A DNA stretch of 64,000 bases from the human T2T-CHM13v2.0 reference genome, Homo sapiens. The translations under genes were made by a program, and so were the position numbers. Within the stretch, counting starts at the first letter, position 1. Every line of letters begins with the position of its first letter. The notes under the pieces were generated by a model. It searched no databases and was not told the origin of the DNA. It saw only the letters and a list, made by a program, of their open reading frames with translations. Of this stretch, positions 58,259 through 64,000 are shown piece by piece. The stretch lies in NCBI RefSeq assembly GCF_009914755.1, contig NC_060931.1. One strand, written 5' to 3'.

Positions 58259-60638
58259 GAAATGAGAGAGAGAAGGTTAGAGATGGGAATGGAGACTCAG
58301 GAGATGCAGCAACATAAGCAACCTCTATAGGATCTGAGCAAGATGAACTGGATGCTAAGCTTCTTCGTCCAGACCCATTAAATTGAGGAAGCGTGTTTGT
58401 AGCATGCCTGTTGGATTTTGTAGGCTTTCTCTCCTTCTTAGAGTTTTCTATAACCTAATAGTAACCCTGAATAAAATACAAGTAGAGTTGTTTAGGTTTA
58501 GTCATGTAATACAGGAAAATTTGATATATTGTGGAGTGCAGGTCAAAGAATACCAAGAATGGATATTGAAGTCTCCAGGAAATATGGCAATCACAGTGAT
58601 ACAGGGGCAAAGAGTCCTGGTTTTGTGACTGGCATTGCAATAGTATGGATTATTTTTTTTTTTCTTTGAAACAGTGCCTTGAAGCCAATTTATAGAGGGA
58701 TTTGGGAAGGATCAAACAAAAGAAAAAATGGGCTGGGTATGGGGAAGGGAGAGAGTAGAAATGAAATAATAAATGTAGATATACTCTGGCTTTCAGAAAC
58801 TTTTTGAAGGGCTTATCAAGTAAAAGAACTACAAGCTATTGTAATTTCAACAAGAAATTGAAACTTTGTCTTTTTTAAAAAAATCCTAATTTCCTCCCTC
58901 CCCTTGAGGCTTGGACAGGTAAATAAACCCATTAGGGGGCTATAATGAATAACATCTCATACAGAAATTATATGCAGGGAAAGATCATGACACAATATTA
59001 GCATACAGAATATCTGTTTTTAAATCCACATTCTCTCTACCATCTTCATTTGCTGTGTGCTGATAATGAGACAATGGTTCCTAAGGGAAATAATGTAGTT
59101 TACTCAGGGTATTCATTCAAGCTCTAAAAAAAAAAAATCCAAACAGACAGAGAACATATGAGGTTAATATTCAAGTGTTAATGAGGACTTAGGTATTGTG
59201 AAGCTTATATTGTACTAATTAAAAATAATTGCATGGTCCTAGAATTAGAGAGCTTTCACTGAGGAGGGTCTCAAGGTCATTGCCGCCTCTCTGGATTTCC
59301 AACTTGGCTGTGCACAAACCTCAGTGGTTACCTTAACAGGAATAATTAGGTTCTGGGCAAACACATTCCTGCAACCAAATTCACTAGAGTCTGTTGAGAT
59401 AAAAAAGTCAGTTTCATGGTTTCTAATGAGAATTACCTCTTTCCAATATAGAAACTTATTTTTGAAAGCAAGATTAGGATCAGAAGGTGGTTTCATGGTT
59501 AAAAAGGGAGCAGAATAAGGAGGGCCCCAGAGACCATCCTACACTGAACAATACCAACCCAGATAAGCCCCATATAAACTATATCGCCGCTATGCCTACA
59601 TTTTACATGAAAAGGCTTCTTTATCCATTCAAGGGTAGAAATTCCCAGAAAACCAATCCCTCATTTTAGCATCTTATAACCTGGTCCCTACAGCAAGTAT
59701 GTACAAGTATATAGTAAGCATGTGATCGCCTCCAATATAAAAGAGCAGAAAGGTGAGGGCATTCATAAGCGATTGATGGATACGCAAAATGTTATATTAC
59801 AGCATTTCTTATCAAAATTAGATTTAAAATTATTTCATGCTTTTTCCCAGTTTCATATCAAATCATTAAAAGTGAATATTTTTCCCTCTTCTGTACAGTC
59901 AGGAAGACTGCTTATGATGTTCCAAAGATAACCTTTATGTATGTGCTCAGCTTTGACTTATGAGTAAGTTTCTCACATGGGTTAATACCCGGCCACTTCT
60001 AGTGATCCTCATGCTTTTCAAGGTCACAACAGGAAGGATGTATATTTCAAGTTTAATTGTTTCTCTCAAAGCACGAGGAGTAGACAGGTGTGGAGAGAGT
60101 CTTCCTCAGCTCATCAGCGTCATGGAACTCTAGCTCTTCTCCTAGGGAATAGGGCCTCCTTCATGTTTCTCCCCCTACCCTATCCATTCTTTAATCGATG
60201 CTTTATTTCCCAGCAATTCATGCCTGTTACTTGTCTTTACTCTTAAACCTTTTGCTTTTCTCTTTCTGCCAGCATTTTGGCAATCCTGTATAGGCCTGCG
60301 GCCACGTCTGCATGTAAGCAGAGAGCAGAATTTCTGCTTTAACAGAATTTCTCTGTCACATCGTCTGCTTGGGCCATGGTGTTTCGTGTTCTACTGGTAG
60401 ACATAACCTTCAAGGCTATGTGGACCTTTAAAGTCAGTATGAAAATTTGACTTCATTCTTCCGTCTTTCTTTATTATTCTGCTTAATATACCTTGTGTTC
60501 ATCCACAACACTGGAAGCACATTAGTTGCTTAATAAAAGTTATTCTTTAAATAGAGTCATCATTTTTATATAGTTGTGATATTATTTCCATACATTATTT
60601 ATATAAAATCATATTATTTTATATAGTTTTTATATATC

Positions 60639-61161
60639 TGTGATAAAAATAATGCTCCCCACCAGAGGTTCATGTCCTAATTCATGGAACCAGTGAATAT
60701 GTAACTTTATATGGCAAAGGGACTTTGTGCTTGTTAAGAGCCTTGATTTGAGGAGATTATCCTGGATTATCTGGGTGGCTTTGTGTAATGACAGAGCTCC
60801 TTAAAATAGTCAGAGAAAGAGACTATGAAAGCAGAGAGTTGCAGTGATGCAGCAGGAGGGAAATTCCACCTAATTCCTAGCTTTGAAGATGGGGGACTGA
60901 GATGATGAGCCCAGGAATGTGTGTGGCCTCTATAATCTGGAAAAGGCAAGTATATAGATTTCCCCCCTAGAATTTGCAGGAGAAACACAGTGCTACCAAC
61001 ACTTTGAATTTAGCCCAGTGAACCCCATTTCAAACTTCTAACCAGAACTGTATCATTATTATTAACAGAATCATCATCTCCAGAACTGTAAGATAAATTG
61101 GTGTTGTTTTAAGTCACTAAGTGTCTGTCATTTGTTAGAGCAGCAAGAGGAAACTCATACA
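60639..61161 (+). mobile_element. MLT1D MaLR LTR
   Basis: ATGGCAAAGGGACTTTG..GAGATTATCCTGGATTATCTGGGTGG..TTTGTTAGAGCAGCAAGAGGAAACTCATACA. Confidence 0.9.
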
Positions 61162-61220
61162 ATAGTACTTCATCATTTTCCATGATAGGTAATACACAGA
61201 CAACATTCATTCATTGTTTA

Positions 61221-61562
<342 letters not shown>

Positions 61563-62074
61563 TTAGGACTTGTCACTGTCTAAATTTTTGCATGCTGTGA
61601 AATTCAATCTGATATGTTCAGTAGTAATATTTCTGAATAGCTGATATTATGAATATATAGCATGAGAACTTTTACTTGGGACTTGGAGTTGCAACAGAGA
61701 AAAATTACTTTACAAATAAATCAATAGACTTGATGAGTCTATTTATTTTGCCATCAACCCAATTACCTTTCTGTTCTTCAGCAGTCTACTGGCAAAACTC
61801 AATTATCGACAATGGTTCAGACCCTTCTGTTTCTTGAGTGGCTGCTGCCTTAGCTCCTGTGTTCTGTCATCTCCTAGGGCTTAATGTGCAAAAATTGTGC
61901 AACCCAGCTAGGACTCCACTGGGTGCAGAGCTAACTGGCTGAGGCATGCAGGGTAAATACTGTCATTAGCTCATTCTCTGCATAAAAAAATGAAATATAC
62001 TCAATAACTTCTAGTTTTTGAAGTATCTGATTTTATTTAATCTTCACAACAACTTGGTGAAGAAGGTATTACTA

Positions 62075-62153
62075 TTAGGTTGCTACAAAAGTATTTGCAG
62101 TTTTTGCCATGACTTTTCATAGCAAAGCCGCAATTACTTTTGCACCAACTTAA
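62075..62153. mobile_element. MADE1 mariner MITE inside an antisense MIR (about 62030-62260)
   Basis: 79-bp near-palindrome TTAGGTTGCTACAAAAGTA..TTACTTTTGCACCAACTTAA with TA on both sides. Confidence 0.92.
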
Positions 62154-62689
62154 TACCTCAATTTTACAGTTGAAAAAACCACGTTAGGGAGAGTATCCAG
62201 GCGGTAAATGACAGAAAGGAGATATGAACTAAAATTTCTTAATTCTTTATTCAGATGATAAAACTAATGTGACTTTGCTCTATCACAGCTATTCTTGTCA
62301 TTTTACTGCAGTGTCAAAATTCTAGATACATATTTTTAAATGTATTTTAAAGACAAAATAACATAACATATGCACATTATAAAGTGATGTAGGAAATTTA
62401 AAAATCTATGAACAGTTTTAAATCACCCACAATATTACTGCTGAAAAATAACACCTCTTACTATTTTGATGTATTTATAAACATTTTTCTGTGTATTTAT
62501 ATATTTCTTTTGACATTATGGTTTTGCATCCCATTCCATTTTATCATATTTCCAGTGAAGTGAGGTGGCATTCTAACCTTATCATATGTACAATTTTACT
62601 GTATTGTCTTTCAGTAACCTACTTTTGCTGGATATTTAAATATAAATAAAAATTAGTCTACCTTGAATTTACCTTTTTTCAGGATGAAA

Positions 62690-62850
62690 TCTATGCTTCT
62701 CCAAATGCAGTCTGAGGACAGTAGTGCCAGCGTCATTTGGGAGCTTGTCATAACTGCAAATTCTCTACTGAGTCCAAGTCTTTGGGGTGAAATCCAGGAA
62801 TTTCTGTTTTAATAAGCTCTCCAGGTGTTTCACACATGCAGAATTTTGGA
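62690..62850. mobile_element. MER5A/B-like hAT-Charlie element
   Basis: CATTTGGGAGCTTGT..TGCAAATTCTC..GGAATTTCTGTTTTAATAAGCTCTCCAGGTG. Confidence 0.7.
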
Positions 62851-62956
62851 CTGAAGTGTTTGGTTTTCTGTAAGCGTTGATGAGGCAAAGCAGCTTAGGC
62901 CTATTGTAGGTGAAAGGCAAGCACAATAATTGTTATACTTTGAAGAAAAAGAAAAC

Positions 62957-63286
62957 TTTTTTCCTTCGTTCGTTCTTTCCTTCCTTCCTTCCTTTCTTCC
63001 TTCCTTTCTTTGAGATGGAGTCTTACTCTGTCACCCAGGCTGGAGTGCGGTGGCGCAATCTTATCTCACTGCATCCTTCGCCTCCTGGGTTCAAGCGATT
63101 CTCCTGCCTTAGCCTCCTGAATAGCTGGGACAACAGGCATGTGCCACCATGCCCAGCTAATTTTTGTATTTTTAGAAGAGACCAGGTTTCACCATGTTGG
63201 CCAGGATGCTCTCAATCTCTTGACCTTCAGCCCACGTTGGCCTCCCAAAGTGCTGGGATTACAGGCGTGAGCCACCATGCCCGGCC
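62957..63286 (-). mobile_element. AluS SINE with (GGAA)n-type tail
   Basis: Full dimer. Confidence 0.92.
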
Positions 63287-63289
63287 TAA

Positions 63290-63426
63290 TATTTTTTAAA
63301 AATGTCTGTAGAGATGGGGTCTCACAATGTTGCCCAGGCTGGTCTCCAACTCCTGGCTCCAAGCATTCCTCCCACCTAAGTCTCCCAAAGTGTTGGGATT
63401 ACAGGCATGAGCCACCGTGCCCGGCC
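63290..63426 (-). mobile_element. FLAM_C / AluJ left monomer
   Basis: GGGGTCTCACAATGTTGCCCAGGCTGGTCTC..CCCGGCC. Confidence 0.88.
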
Positions 63427-64000
63427 TAATTGTTAACTCTGACTGAGAACTTTTGTAGACTGAGAAAGTGGCTGGTAGTATATTGTAGATAAAGGCCACA
63501 CCAGAAAGGGTGAGTGTGAGGTAAGCGAGCTCCTGTGGGGAATTTGCCTGACCAGAGCACAACATTCACATTGGCAAGCAGCTGAAGCCAAGAAAGACCT
63601 GTTAGGATAACCCAAGTTCTTGTACACATAGATGAAGATCTGTGATATAATTTATAGATATTGAGGAAACATTACACATTATTTAACATAAAAGTGATGT
63701 TTCATAACTAGAAGAACATTGGTTAAAAAGCACACTTTAGTGAGAAGTGAGGAGATATTTGGGTAGAACAACCAATGAATAAGGTGAGTGTTGTAAACAA
63801 GATACCAAATGAAGGACAATGATAAGGAGTTTTGGCAGAAGAAAAAGACAATGATTTATTACTAAATATTATAATGGAAAAGAAGGGGAATGGTTTCAAT
63901 GGCAGATTGGACAAAGGGACTAAGAGGAAAACTAGAATTTGAACCTGACATCCTGGTTTCTCTTGAGCTATACATACCAATTTTAATAATCTGGAGAGAG

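Overview
AT-rich, CpG-depleted, non-coding primate (human-like) genomic DNA, either intergenic or a deep intron. I can support no protein-coding exon, rRNA, tRNA or CRISPR array, and I cannot name the locus. The long ORFs in the track come from Alu, L1, MaLR or low-complexity sequence, or are chance ORFs. Roughly half the window is interspersed repeat: about 22 Alu copies, many with visible target-site duplications (TSDs); a full-length THE1A MaLR provirus and four solo THE1 LTRs; several MLT1 LTRs; a MER9 (HERV-K HML3) solo LTR; an ERVL remnant split by a truncated L1PA8; older L1M, L2 and MIR fragments; and DNA transposons (MER1A, MER47A-like, MER20, MER5, MADE1, unnamed hAT). Subfamily names are from memory of consensus sequences and need RepeatMasker/Dfam confirmation. 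Three things are not explained by repeats. (1) A gap-free 190-bp inverted duplication of about 85% identity at 39091-39280 / 40745-40934, with more diverged outer flanks and a G4 motif at its inner edge. (2) A 176-bp, 96%-identical copy of sequence 1040 bp upstream, inserted into an AT hairpin with template-switch scars at 15144-15384. (3) Three short tandem duplications, a candidate minus-strand exon and several repeat-free, motif-rich candidate enhancers. I see no evidence for a new multi-gene system.
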